Below are positions 1 to 9,175 of a DNA stretch of 32,000 nucleotides, one piece after another. The DNA is from Candidatus Hadarchaeales archaeon. Lineage in GTDB: Archaea; Hadarchaeota; Hadarchaeia; Hadarchaeales; Hadarchaeaceae. The stretch spans positions 390,001 to 422,000 of the forward strand of contig JAWBCC010000001.1 in the NCBI GenBank assembly GCA_038823825.1, written 5' to 3'. Numbering within the stretch: the first letter of the stretch is position 1; each line of letters opens with the position of its first letter. The notes below the pieces were generated by a model that searched no databases, was not told where the DNA came from, and worked only from the letters and a program-made list of their open reading frames with translations. A program made the translations under genes and the position numbers.

Positions 1-1782
1 TAATGGCGGCTCTGGCAAGGTTTCTACTCTAACATAGAAAGTGTTTGTATAGTTTCTGGCCGCTACGTTGCTTGGAATATCTAATCTCCACTCTATCTGT
101 TTCTGCATATTTTCGCCATATTGGATGTTATTCCAAACATTTTCGTAGATGGTGCTCAGTGATACGGTTCTACCGCCGATCGCCTTGGCCGCACTGGCAG
201 ATATCGTGTATCCGTCAGACGTGAAATCCCCGGCCGCTCTGACCTTAATCGTGAAGTTTCTGTTTGAGGACACAATAACCGTCATCGGACTCTGGGTTGC
301 GTAAACGCTCTGTCCTTTGTAGCCGCTGAAGGAGAGGGTGTATGTGCTCAAAGACATCTCGAGGTAGACCTGAACCATAATCGCGTTGATATTCTCCAAA
401 TAGTTATCTAGACCGGTGTTATCGACGGCTCTGACGTATAGATTCCACATTCCCGGAGCCGCGATTTTTGAAAGTTTCACCCTAAAGATTGCAGTGTATG
501 TCTTGGTTTCAGAATTCTCTAAGACTGAACATCCAGATGTGTCTATGTAAGCAGACCCAAGTGGGCAACTAAACTGCCAAGCTCCCGCGCTCTTTGAAGC
601 ACTCCATGTGTAGTGATTTCTGATGTTGTCTGACGCTGTATGGCTGAGCGAATTTTCATGTGCTACGAGATATATGTTCTCGAGCTCCATCTCTCCTTCC
701 CAAACAGTAACTGTCACGTTAAACCAGCAGTTTGGCATTATGGTTGAATTTTCCGGAACTACCATCAGAACTGATGGGATTTCTATCAGAGGATAGGCGC
801 AGAATTTATTACCACCACCGGCCCAGTCTGGTGGAGCACCCTGCCAATAAAAGATGGTGTTGTTAACGAAACCCAGTCTGTTTCCGTTATACTCGCCGAC
901 GGGGTAGGGAAGATTTTCTAGACTCTCCCAAGTATTTGTCGAAATCTGATATCTGTAGAAACCATAGCCTGGCTGCTCAAGATAGGAACCACCGCTAAGA
1001 GCGTAAATGTAATCGGACTTGGTTGGAATCCAGAGGAGAGATCCTCCATCCCCTACCCCACCTGGATCCGGTATCGGACTAAGATTTTCCCAACTGTTTG
1101 TTTCAATGTTGTATCTCCAGAAATCCTGCAAAGGTGAAGTTTCATAATATTCTCCTCTTAAAGCGTAGAGGTAAGCTCCGCCGGTCCAGACAAGCGAACA
1201 ACCATCATCGGTGCCACCTGGTGGGTTAGCCAATACCTGCCAGGTGTTGGTCTGTGGGTTGTAACGGGCGAAAGTTGTTCCGTGTGTTGAGCTTCCCAAG
1301 ATCGCATAAATTCTTCCATCATAACCACACCAACAGAGAGCATCTCCCGCACCCTGTGGACCAGGAGTGTTCTCCAAGAACTCCCAGCTGTTCGAAGGAA
1401 TGGAATATCTCAGAAAGATTGTGCGGTTGGAATCCTGATATCTCGCCCCCGCCAGAGCGTATATGTAATTTTCATTATCCCAGGCAAGAGCGGTACCATT
1501 TCTGAAAAGACCTTGGGGTAGCATGGACGTGTTTATCTCTGTCCACTCGTTTGCAAATGGATCATACCTCCAGAAATGAACATTATCTAGGACATCGTAG
1601 CACCTGATTATGTAGATATAGTTTCCTACAGAGACCAAGGCTTGACCGTATCCGCCCGGCTGTGGGGTTGGGGCTTTCTCAATCCACACTGGCTCGGAAC
1701 TGATAGGGGGAGCAGAGAAAAGCATTGTGAGTATCATGAAAAAGGGCAGAGAGAGCCCCAGCACCAGAAGCTTTTTTCTCAT
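1..1782 (-). CDS. Secreted kelch-like beta-propeller protein, partial (C-terminus beyond left edge)
   Basis: Reverse strand open from ATG at 1782 to the window edge; starts MRKKLLVLGLSLPFFMILTMLFS (signal peptide), followed by kelch-like blades (WRYDPFANEWTEI, FARYNPQTNTWQVL, FWRYNIETNSWENLSPIP, FYRYQISTNTWESLENLP), then Ig/NEW3-like segments. Absent from ORF track because it is open at the edge. Confidence 0.85.
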   Translation of the reverse strand, partial: MRKKLLVLGLSLPFFMILTMLFSAPPISSEPVWIEKAPTPQPGGYGQALVSVGNYIYIIRCYDVLDNVHFWRYDPFANEWTEINTSMLPQGLFRNGTALAWDNENYIYALAGARYQDSNRTIFLRYSIPSNSWEFLENTPGPQGAGDALCWCGYDGRIYAILGSSTHGTTFARYNPQTNTWQVLANPPGGTDDGCSLVWTGGAYLYALRGEYYETSPLQDFWRYNIETNSWENLSPIPDPGGVGDGGSLLWIPTKSDYIYALSGGSYLEQPGYGFYRYQISTNTWESLENLPYPVGEYNGNRLGFVNNTIFYWQGAPPDWAGGGNKFCAYPLIEIPSVLMVVPENSTIMPNCWFNVTVTVWEGEMELENIYLVAHENSLSHTASDNIRNHYTWSASKSAGAWQFSCPLGSAYIDTSGCSVLENSETKTYTAIFRVKLSKIAAPGMWNLYVRAVDNTGLDNYLENINAIMVQVYLEMSLSTYTLSFSGYKGQSVYATQSPMTVIVSSNRNFTIKVRAAGDFTSDGYTISASAAKAIGGRTVSLSTIYENVWNNIQYGENMQKQIEWRLDIPSNVAARNYTNTFYVRVETLPEPPL

Positions 1783-1834
1783 TCAAAAATTTGTTGATTT
1801 TTTCTTCTCAAATACGTTTCGAGGAAGGTATTCG

Positions 1835-1911
1835 TGGCGGGCCGGGCGGGATTCGAACCCACGTCACGGGCTCCGGAGGCCCGTGTCCTTTCCTGGCTAG
1901 ACCACCGGCCC
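1835..1911 (-). tRNA. tRNA-Arg(CCG)
   Basis: Reverse complement GGGCCGGTGGTCTAGCCAGGAAAGGACACGGGCCTCCGGAGCCCGTGACGTGGGTTCGAATCCCGCCCGGCCCGCCA; 7-bp acceptor, anticodon stem CGGGC/GCCCG with loop CTCCGGA, T-loop TTCGAAT, encoded CCA. Confidence 0.93.
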
Positions 1912-1940
1912 AGATTTTTCTATTTTTCTGAAAGTAAAAC

Positions 1941-2780
1941 TCATTCGAGCATTAGAGAAGCGGCCTCCTCTATCGTGGAGACCTCTACTACCGATAGTCC
2001 GTAACCGGCGAAATATTCATTGAGATCTATTATTTTGGGCCTGTAGCTCACCCAGCTGAATCCTGGAAAGATCTGCTCAACAACCCGTTCGTAAACAGTA
2101 ACCTTGCTCTGGCCTTTTGGGACGAGGAAAACTCTCGCTCCGTTTTCAGCTGCAGCTGCCGCCTTGTGAAAAACTCCACCAACCGGTCCAATCGAACCAT
2201 CCTCCTGAATTGTTCCCGTGATAGCGTATCCGCTTTTTATCTTGCGGTTTTCGAGAACGGAAAGTAAAGCAATAGTGGTCGCCGCCCCGGCGCTTGGTCC
2301 GTCGATCGCCTCCACCCTTACTCTTTCACCTGGACCAACCACGATAAATTTCACATCGTAACCTGCTAAGCCAACCCCATCCGCATCCAGCTGATATCCG
2401 GCAAGTTTTGCCGCAACTTTTATCGCAGTTCTATCAGCATCTTGAAAATCGAAACCAACCAACGTTGGGTCGATCCCGACATAGACGTAACCATCCCCTG
2501 GCTCTATTTTGACGGCAAGCGTACAAACTACTCCAAATTCTCCCTGATCAGTCGAACCAACAGCTACTATCGGAATCGTTGCTGCACGGGCGTTCTTTAT
2601 CCAGCCGGTCAGATTTGTCTTTATGCTGCTCTCTTTTTCTTCCAGGGTTAGAGAGATTTTCATGAATCCGTACGTTGCTAAAACTCCTGTAAGCATTCCT
2701 ACAATTAACGCTACGACAAGATGGAGCACTCCATATCTTCGCTTCCTCCTGAAACGTTGGTGTGAGAGCTTCCTCGGCAT
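1941..2780 (-). CDS. Membrane-anchored stand-alone Lon-type (S16) protease domain protein
   Basis: N-terminal TM helix (YGVLHLVVALIVGMLTGVLATYGF), Lon-like core with GPSAGAA (catalytic Ser) and GGVFHKAAAA (catalytic Lys); no Walker ATPase motifs. Confidence 0.88.
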   Translation of the reverse strand: MPRKLSHQRFRRKRRYGVLHLVVALIVGMLTGVLATYGFMKISLTLEEKESSIKTNLTGWIKNARAATIPIVAVGSTDQGEFGVVCTLAVKIEPGDGYVYVGIDPTLVGFDFQDADRTAIKVAAKLAGYQLDADGVGLAGYDVKFIVVGPGERVRVEAIDGPSAGAATTIALLSVLENRKIKSGYAITGTIQEDGSIGPVGGVFHKAAAAAENGARVFLVPKGQSKVTVYERVVEQIFPGFSWVSYRPKIIDLNEYFAGYGLSVVEVSTIEEAASLMLE

Positions 2781-2829
2781 CTGATAAACCTTTGTCTGGG
2801 ATCATTAAAAGCAATATTTGTGCGATTTT

Positions 2830-3354
2830 TCACTTGAAGAACTCTGGGGAGAGAAATTTGCAAAGTGCCATCCAAACTCCATGCTCATATAGGGCAGTTC
2901 TATCCACGTGCCCCTTTGTGAATATACCTATTGCGCCTTTTCCTTCCTTTATTTTCTTTTCTCCTGTTAATCTTTCCATAACTTCTCCAAGCTCGATTCC
3001 CCTTTTAAGTTCTTTTACAACCTTTCCAGGGCACTCAAACCATCCTGATGTCCCGATCGAAATTTTGCCCTCCCTGTTGACTATAGCAACAAAACCGGTT
3101 GTAAACCACCTTCCGCAGAGCCTTACAGCTCCACCTTCTATCCCGACTCCAAAATCTGCATCAAGAAGCTTGATCGCCTTTTTTGCCCTATTCATTGCAC
3201 CCTTCACGGCTTCGACCGCAGTCATTGGCTGTGGTGAGATACCGGAGTCTATCTCCACAGACTCCACTCTTACTCTTCCGAAAGCTTTCCGAAAGGCTCT
3301 CTCCGTTGCTTTTATTTTTGTCCTGTTTTTCGATCCCACGGCAACAAATATCAT
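2830..3354 (-). CDS. Inosine/xanthosine triphosphatase, YjjX/DUF84 family
   Basis: MIFVAVGSKNRTKIKATERAFRKAFG..., DFGVGIEGG, 174 aa. Confidence 0.85.
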   Translation of the reverse strand: MIFVAVGSKNRTKIKATERAFRKAFGRVRVESVEIDSGISPQPMTAVEAVKGAMNRAKKAIKLLDADFGVGIEGGAVRLCGRWFTTGFVAIVNREGKISIGTSGWFECPGKVVKELKRGIELGEVMERLTGEKKIKEGKGAIGIFTKGHVDRTALYEHGVWMALCKFLSPEFFK

Positions 3355-3403
3355 GTTCCCTCATCTTTTTGTTTTCGGGGAGATTTAGAGCTAATGGAAA
3401 AGG

Positions 3404-4105
3404 ATGCGGGGCATCATACTTCTGAAGCTTCCCGAAGTTTTTCCCTGCAGAATAATCAAAAGAATCAACAGATTCACGGTTAGGATAAGCATAGGGAGGA
3501 AGGTGACAAAAGCTAGTCTGAATAACACGGGCAGGCTTGAAGAGTTGTTGCTTTACAACGCTTCAGGATACTGTCTTAGGGGACGGGGAAAGCTTCCCTA
3601 CAGACTGTTTGCGATAAGTGGGGAAAAACTTGCAAGCGTTATTGACACAAGAATGCAGGCGGAAGCTTTTGAGGTAGCGCTCGCCAGAAGTCTCATCCCC
3701 ATTTTTCGGAGTTACCGGTTGGCTAGAAGAAATATCAGAGTCGGCAGTTCAATCATAGACTATAAGCTTGAAGGAAAAAACGAGCTCGTTGTGGAGCTCA
3801 AAAGTGCTGTCTTGAGGTTAAACGATTTGGGCGGATATCCGGACTGTCCCACCGAGAGGGGAAGAAAACAAATAGAAGATCTCATAAACTATGCTCGATC
3901 TGGCGGAAATTCTGCGATATTTTTCGTTACAAGTCTGGAAGGCGTCCGAGGAATAACGCCAAACATAACAGCCGATCCCCAACTTTATCTTCTTATGGAG
4001 AAAGCAAGCCGAGCTGGCGTTCGAATGAGGGGAATGAACATTCTTTTCGACCCGAAAAGACGAAATATTATTCTGTCCAACCCAGATCTACCTGTCGTCT
4101 TCTAG
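3404..4105 (+). CDS. sfsA: SfsA family protein
   Basis: KASLNNTGRLEELL, VELKSAVLRLNDLGGYPDCPTERGRKQIEDL characteristic of SfsA. Confidence 0.88.
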   Translation: MRGIILLKLPEVFPCRIIKRINRFTVRISIGRKVTKASLNNTGRLEELLLYNASGYCLRGRGKLPYRLFAISGEKLASVIDTRMQAEAFEVALARSLIPIFRSYRLARRNIRVGSSIIDYKLEGKNELVVELKSAVLRLNDLGGYPDCPTERGRKQIEDLINYARSGGNSAIFFVTSLEGVRGITPNITADPQLYLLMEKASRAGVRMRGMNILFDPKRRNIILSNPDLPVVF

Positions 4106-5386
4106 CTTGGATAGATATTTGGAAGCAAGCTTGACAGCACAAAGCTGTGAACACATGCTGCACGTCTTTGGATCAAGTATGGGCGGTTTTCTACTCCTCA
4201 TCTCTCTTGCCTTTTCGGGATCAAGCGAAAGCGCGATCTGCTTTTCCCAGTCAAATCTTCTTCTCGCCTCAGACATTTCTTCGTCCCTTTTCATTCCAAA
4301 ACCTCTTGCGACGTCCGCAGCGTGGGCAGCGATTTTGGCAGCGATTACTCCTTCCCGCACATCCTCCACATCCGGAAGACATAAATGCTCGCCTGGAGTT
4401 ACATAACAAAGCAAATCTGCGCCCGCCCACGCCGCAACAGCTCCTCCGATGGCTGCCGCGATGTGGTCATATCCCGCTGCGATATCCGTCACAAGCGGAC
4501 CAAGTAGATAATATGGTGCCCCGTCACAAACGGCTTTTTCCAATTTCACGTTTGCCTCGATTTGGTCGAGCGGGAGATGACCTGGACCTTCAACCATTAC
4601 TTGAACGTGATTGTTTCTCGCTTTTCTGACGAGGTCAGCTGCCACAAGCAACTCTAACATCTGCGGTATATCGCTTGCATCCGCCAAACTGCCAGGCCTA
4701 AGAGCGTCGCCAATGCTCAGTGTTAGATCGTATTCCTTCGCTATTTCCAAAAGATAATCGAATTCTGCATAGAGCGGGTTTTCTTTCTCGTTGTGAATCA
4801 TCCAAGCAGCCAAAAGTGATCCACCTCTGCTGACCATCCGTAGAATTCTGTCACTCTTTTTAACGATCTTGAGAGCGTCCAGTGTTAGGGCACAGTGCAC
4901 GGTAACGAAATCGACGCCATCCGCAGCGTGTTTTCTAATAGCATTAAAAATGTCGTCGGAATTCATGTCGACGATGTCTTGACCTTTTTTCGTTGCCTCC
5001 ATCGCCGCCTGATAAATCGGAACGGTCCCCACGGGAACATTGACCGACTGGAGAATTTTGCGTCTTATCAAATCTATGTCCCCACCTATGCTTAGATCCA
5101 TTATTGTGTCTGCGCCATATTTCACGGCAACCAATGCTTTACGCAGTTCCTCCTCAAGATCGACGTAGTCTGGGGATGTTCCAACATTTGCATTCACTTT
5201 CACTTTTAGACCTTCGCCAATTCCGATGGGTTCGATTTCTCTTATGATGTTTTTCGGAATGATTACGCGGCCGGAGGCTATTCTTCTCCTCAAGACTTCT
5301 GGTGAGATTTCTTCTATCTCAGCGACTTTCTTCATTTCTTCCGTTATCTCTCCTCTACACGCATCTTTCATCAACAAGCCCAACAC
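4088..5386 (-). CDS. thiC: Phosphomethylpyrimidine synthase ThiC (start may be ATG at 5371)
   Basis: GADTIMDLS, VEGPGHLPLDQIEANV, YYLLGPLVTDIAAGYDHIAAAIGGA, C-terminal CSMCSQLC [4Fe-4S] motif. Confidence 0.97.
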   Translation of the reverse strand: MLGLLMKDACRGEITEEMKKVAEIEEISPEVLRRRIASGRVIIPKNIIREIEPIGIGEGLKVKVNANVGTSPDYVDLEEELRKALVAVKYGADTIMDLSIGGDIDLIRRKILQSVNVPVGTVPIYQAAMEATKKGQDIVDMNSDDIFNAIRKHAADGVDFVTVHCALTLDALKIVKKSDRILRMVSRGGSLLAAWMIHNEKENPLYAEFDYLLEIAKEYDLTLSIGDALRPGSLADASDIPQMLELLVAADLVRKARNNHVQVMVEGPGHLPLDQIEANVKLEKAVCDGAPYYLLGPLVTDIAAGYDHIAAAIGGAVAAWAGADLLCYVTPGEHLCLPDVEDVREGVIAAKIAAHAADVARGFGMKRDEEMSEARRRFDWEKQIALSLDPEKAREMRSRKPPILDPKTCSMCSQLCAVKLASKYLSKLEDDR

Positions 5387-5416
5387 CTAGAAAACATCAT
5401 AAGATCTCGATAAAAG

Positions 5417-6790
5417 TTATTGCGAAAACCCGGGTATTTTGGGCAACTTTGATAGGGCTTCTCTTATTTTTTCTTCAGGATATTCGTAATTCTGCAACTT
5501 TTTCTCCAAGAATTCTGCATATGCCTGTAAGTCAAAGTGGCCGTGCCCGCTACAATTGAATAGGATGACCTTCTCCTCCCCAGTCTGGCGACACCGGATT
5601 GCTTCGTCTATCACGGCTTTCACAGCGTGGGCTGTCTCTGGAGCAATGACAAATCCTTCGGCTTTGGCGAAAATGCTTGCCGCTTCAAAAATTTCTGTTT
5701 GATGGTATGCGACTGCTTCCATATACCCTTCTTTTGTTAATTTGCACAAGAGAGGGGCGTCACCATGATATCTCAAACCACCGGCGTGGATAGGTGGTGG
5801 AACGTACGTGTGACCAAGCGTGTACATCTTTAGAAGAGGAGTCATTTCCGCCGTGTCTCCATAGTCGTAAGTGTAGACCCCCTTGGTGAGTGTAGGACAG
5901 GCTTTCGGTTCACATGACACGGCACGGAGATCCGGTTTCTTTCCACTAAGCTTGTCGGCCAAAAATGGAAAGACTAAGCCGGCAAAATTGCTTCCTCCTC
6001 CAACGCATCCAAATACTACGTCCGGATACTCGTCAAGCATTTCCAGCTGCTTTTTCGCCTCAAGTCCCACTACCGTTTGATGAAGAAGAACGTGGTTCAA
6101 AACGCTTCCAAGAGAATATTTCGTATTTTCGTGAGTTACTGCATCCTCTATTGCCTCGGAGATCGCGATTCCTAGACTGCCTGGACAATTTGGATCTTGT
6201 TCTAAAACCTTTCTGCCAAACTGCGTTCTGTTGCTCGGGCTTGGTATACATTCGGCTCCCCATATCTCCATTAAGATTCTTCGATAGGGTTTCTGGTTGT
6301 AGCTCGCTTTGACCATATAAATTGTACACTTCAAGTTAAACAACATTGTTGCAAAGGCTAAGGCGCTGCCCCACTGACCGGCCCCTGTCTCCGTTGTCAG
6401 TCTTTCTACACCTTCCTTCATGTTGAAGTATGCCTGAGCCACGGCAGTGTTCGGTTTATGACTCCCGGGCGGGCTTACACCTTCCCACTTGTAATAGATT
6501 CGGGCTGGGGTCTTCAGCATCCGCTCCAATCTCCTGGCTCTGTAAAGAGGTGTTGGACGCCAGAGTCGATAGATTTCCAGCACTTCTTCAGGTATCGGAA
6601 TCCAGCGCTCGCGTGAAACTTCCTGCTCTATCAGCGCCTTTGGGAAAATCGCAAGAAGATCTTCTGGTTTTACGGGTTCACCTGTTTTCGGATTAAGAGG
6701 CGGGTCAAGAGGTGTGGGCAGATCCGCCTGAATGTTATACCAGTACCTTGGAATATCCTCTTCATCGAGTAGGAATTTCGTTCTTTCCAT
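5417..6790 (-). CDS. trpB2: TrpB2-type tryptophan synthase beta chain; start taken at MERTKFLL
   Basis: [49 protein letters not shown]; long TrpB2-type architecture. Confidence 0.93.
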   Translation of the reverse strand: MERTKFLLDEEDIPRYWYNIQADLPTPLDPPLNPKTGEPVKPEDLLAIFPKALIEQEVSRERWIPIPEEVLEIYRLWRPTPLYRARRLERMLKTPARIYYKWEGVSPPGSHKPNTAVAQAYFNMKEGVERLTTETGAGQWGSALAFATMLFNLKCTIYMVKASYNQKPYRRILMEIWGAECIPSPSNRTQFGRKVLEQDPNCPGSLGIAISEAIEDAVTHENTKYSLGSVLNHVLLHQTVVGLEAKKQLEMLDEYPDVVFGCVGGGSNFAGLVFPFLADKLSGKKPDLRAVSCEPKACPTLTKGVYTYDYGDTAEMTPLLKMYTLGHTYVPPPIHAGGLRYHGDAPLLCKLTKEGYMEAVAYHQTEIFEAASIFAKAEGFVIAPETAHAVKAVIDEAIRCRQTGEEKVILFNCSGHGHFDLQAYAEFLEKKLQNYEYPEEKIREALSKLPKIPGFSQ

Positions 6791-6859
6791 GGAAGCTCCA
6801 TTCAAGTTGTTTGCAAACATATTTAAGCATTTCTCAAAATTGTTCATTAAGGTGCAAAA

Positions 6860-7483
6860 ATGTTCGAGATACTCATACAGATTCCAATAGGTTTTTTCGT
6901 TGCACTCTCCGGGGCGTTAATTCCGGGTCCTCTGCTCGCCTATGTGACTGCGAAATCGACCGAGGAGGGCAGACAGATCGGGCCATTGGTTGTGGTAGGC
7001 CACTTGGCAGTCGAAGTCGTTATCCTTCTTCTACTTCTCGCCGGTATCGGTTATGTTCTTGCCCATCCACTTCTGGAGAGAACGATAGGTCTAACCGGAG
7101 GTTTTCTTCTGATTTTGATCGCTTCCTCGAGTCTACGGAGTTTGCGCGCCAGAAGATACAAGATCCAAGTAACCTGTTTCCACCCTTTTGTTGGAGGGGT
7201 CCTCTTCAGTAGCATTTTCAATCCGACAGTTCCGCTCTGGTGGGTGGGGGTAGGTTTCGCTCTTCTTCTCCAGGCATATTCTGTTGCGTCTTTCGCTGGT
7301 GTCGCAGCTTGGCTGATAGGTCACTATGCAGCCGACTTCGGATGGTTTTCCTTAGTTTCCCACCTCGTAAGTTCGAGTCATGCAGCGGTTGAAAAAATCA
7401 GAATTTTGCTCCTCCGGATATGTGTTGTCATTCTCCTTTTGCTAGGATTATACCTTGTTGTCAAGTATTCTGTCTTTTTCTAA
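6860..7483 (+). CDS. LysE-type translocator family membrane protein
   Basis: Multi-TM protein with N-terminal [24 protein letters not shown] motif; AAGGTG 5 nt upstream of ATG. Confidence 0.78.
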   Translation: MFEILIQIPIGFFVALSGALIPGPLLAYVTAKSTEEGRQIGPLVVVGHLAVEVVILLLLLAGIGYVLAHPLLERTIGLTGGFLLILIASSSLRSLRARRYKIQVTCFHPFVGGVLFSSIFNPTVPLWWVGVGFALLLQAYSVASFAGVAAWLIGHYAADFGWFSLVSHLVSSSHAAVEKIRILLLRICVVILLLLGLYLVVKYSVFF

Positions 7484-8110
7484 AGATGAAAGGAAATCTG
7501 CTGTTCGAGTGTGTGGAGCAACAATTTTTACTTTGAGGAGGTCTTCGGGTTTGTCTATGTCAAAAGCGATAGATTCCGAATGGTAAATCTTGACTTTTGC
7601 GCCAGTTTTGAAGGCTTCCTTTAAATGTACCGGGAAACTCTCTCCCCCGAATTTGAGAGAAATGACATCCGGGGGTTTCAGCAGAAGCGCGTTTGTACCT
7701 CTGTCTTTCGAAGGCGAAATCACGACAACCTTCTCTTCCTCCGCAAGTGAAATAATTTCTCTTATATCTCTCGGTGTTATGAGGGGAACATCACCGGGAA
7801 TTATCAAAACTGAATCGGCTCCTTCTGCTTTTGCTCGACTGATTGCAAACTCCAGCGCTGGGTTCAGAGATAGACCCGGTTCTCGAATTGTCCGAATCCC
7901 GAGATTTGACGCGAATTTAAGTATTTCTTCATTCGGAGAGAGCACACATATCCTGTCCAAACTCTGAACTCTTTTTGCTGAGGTCAGCACGTCGGTAAGC
8001 ATCGCCATTATGAGTTTTTTTCTCTCCTCAGGATTCAGGCAATTTTGGAGGGATGACTTTGCCAAAGAGAGATCCTTTATGGGAATAATCAGCCAAGGGC
8101 GGGCAGACAT
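7448..8110 (-). CDS. cofC: 2-phospho-L-lactate guanylyltransferase CofC (F420 biosynthesis); ORF track start at 8272 probably over-extended
   Basis: MSARPWLIIPIKDLSLAKSSLQNCLNPEERKKL..., IIPGDVPLITPRDI, SKDRGTNALLLKPP; next to cofG/cofH. Confidence 0.88.
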   Translation of the reverse strand: MSARPWLIIPIKDLSLAKSSLQNCLNPEERKKLIMAMLTDVLTSAKRVQSLDRICVLSPNEEILKFASNLGIRTIREPGLSLNPALEFAISRAKAEGADSVLIIPGDVPLITPRDIREIISLAEEEKVVVISPSKDRGTNALLLKPPDVISLKFGGESFPVHLKEAFKTGAKVKIYHSESIAFDIDKPEDLLKVKIVAPHTRTADFLSSLEKDRILDNKV

Positions 8111-8170
8111 CCAATCATCCAAAAATATTTTTCCAGACGCGAGTTCTAATAATGAGACGAGGGTGGAATC

Positions 8171-9175
8171 TTGAAGATCCGAACAATAACGTATTCGAGA
8201 AACGTTTTTATACCAGTCACCAACGTCTGTCGAAACAAATGTCATTATTGTGGATTCAGGAGAGACCCGCACAATGGATGGCTGATGAAACCTGATGAGA
8301 TAAAGGCACTCGGAGAAAGGGCAAGAGCCGCTGGTTACTGTGAGGCTCTTATAACGCTGGGGGAGAGACCAGAAGTTTATCCGTCGTATTCGCTCAAATT
8401 ATCAGACCTGGGTTATAGAACTACTGTCGATTATCTTGTAGATATCTCCAGAATGATGCTCAACATGAATCTCCTACCTCACACAAACGCTGGCTCAATT
8501 ACCTACGAGGAGATGAAAAAACTTCGCCGATATAACGCGAGCATGGGACTGATGCTGGAATGTGCAACCAGATTGCCAGCTCATGAAGAGAGTCCAGGCA
8601 AAAGGCCTGAGATTAGACTTGAGGTGATAAGAAATGCCGGCGAGCTTAAAATCCCGTTCACGACTGGACTTCTAATTGGAATCGGCGAAAGCCGAAAAGA
8701 TCGCTTATTTTCCCTTTTTGAGATAAAAAAGCTCCAAGAAAGATATGGGCATATTCAAGAGGTGATAATCCAACCATTCTCACCAAAACCAAACACCGTT
8801 ATGGAAAGTTGTCCGCCCCCGTCTCTATCGGAAGTTATATGGACTGTTAGGAAAGCTAGAGAAATTTTGGAAGATGTTGCCATACAAGTTCCCCCAAACC
8901 TGATTGACCTGTCACCACCAAACGTTCTTGCGATACTAGATGCCGGTGCAAACGATTTCGGAGGGATCTCTCCAATCACGCCAGATTTTATAAATCCTGA
9001 AAATCCCTGGCCAGAAGTGGAGAAACTGAGAACGATCGTTGAATCGCTGGGTTTCCGTTTGCGCGAACGTCTACCGATTTATCCCAAGTTTGTGATGGAT
9101 GAGCAATTTATGTCTGCGGAGGTGAAGAGAATTGTCCGAAGTTTGTCTGATGAAGCCGGTTACAGAGCAGGTTGA
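8171..9175 (+). CDS. cofG: 7,8-didemethyl-8-hydroxy-5-deazariboflavin synthase subunit CofG (TTG start)
   Basis: Radical SAM CRNKCHYCGF; LITLGERPEVYP; ANDFGGISPITPDFINPENPWP. Confidence 0.95.
   Translation: MKIRTITYSRNVFIPVTNVCRNKCHYCGFRRDPHNGWLMKPDEIKALGERARAAGYCEALITLGERPEVYPSYSLKLSDLGYRTTVDYLVDISRMMLNMNLLPHTNAGSITYEEMKKLRRYNASMGLMLECATRLPAHEESPGKRPEIRLEVIRNAGELKIPFTTGLLIGIGESRKDRLFSLFEIKKLQERYGHIQEVIIQPFSPKPNTVMESCPPPSLSEVIWTVRKAREILEDVAIQVPPNLIDLSPPNVLAILDAGANDFGGISPITPDFINPENPWPEVEKLRTIVESLGFRLRERLPIYPKFVMDEQFMSAEVKRIVRSLSDEAGYRAG

Noticed and set aside
1158-1505. Plus-strand ORFs (64 and 83 aa) in the ORF track
   Set aside because: They are antisense to the continuous secreted kelch-like coding sequence on the minus strand; no homologous features or SD.
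1835-1911. tRNA-Arg(CCG) as an integration site for a mobile element
   Set aside because: No integrase gene or duplicated 3' tRNA fragment was seen nearby, and flanking genes look chromosomal.
8111-8272. N-terminal extension of the CofC ORF
   Set aside because: It reads back through the divergent cofG start region; family homology begins at MSARPWLIIPIKDL, so the start is placed at 8110.
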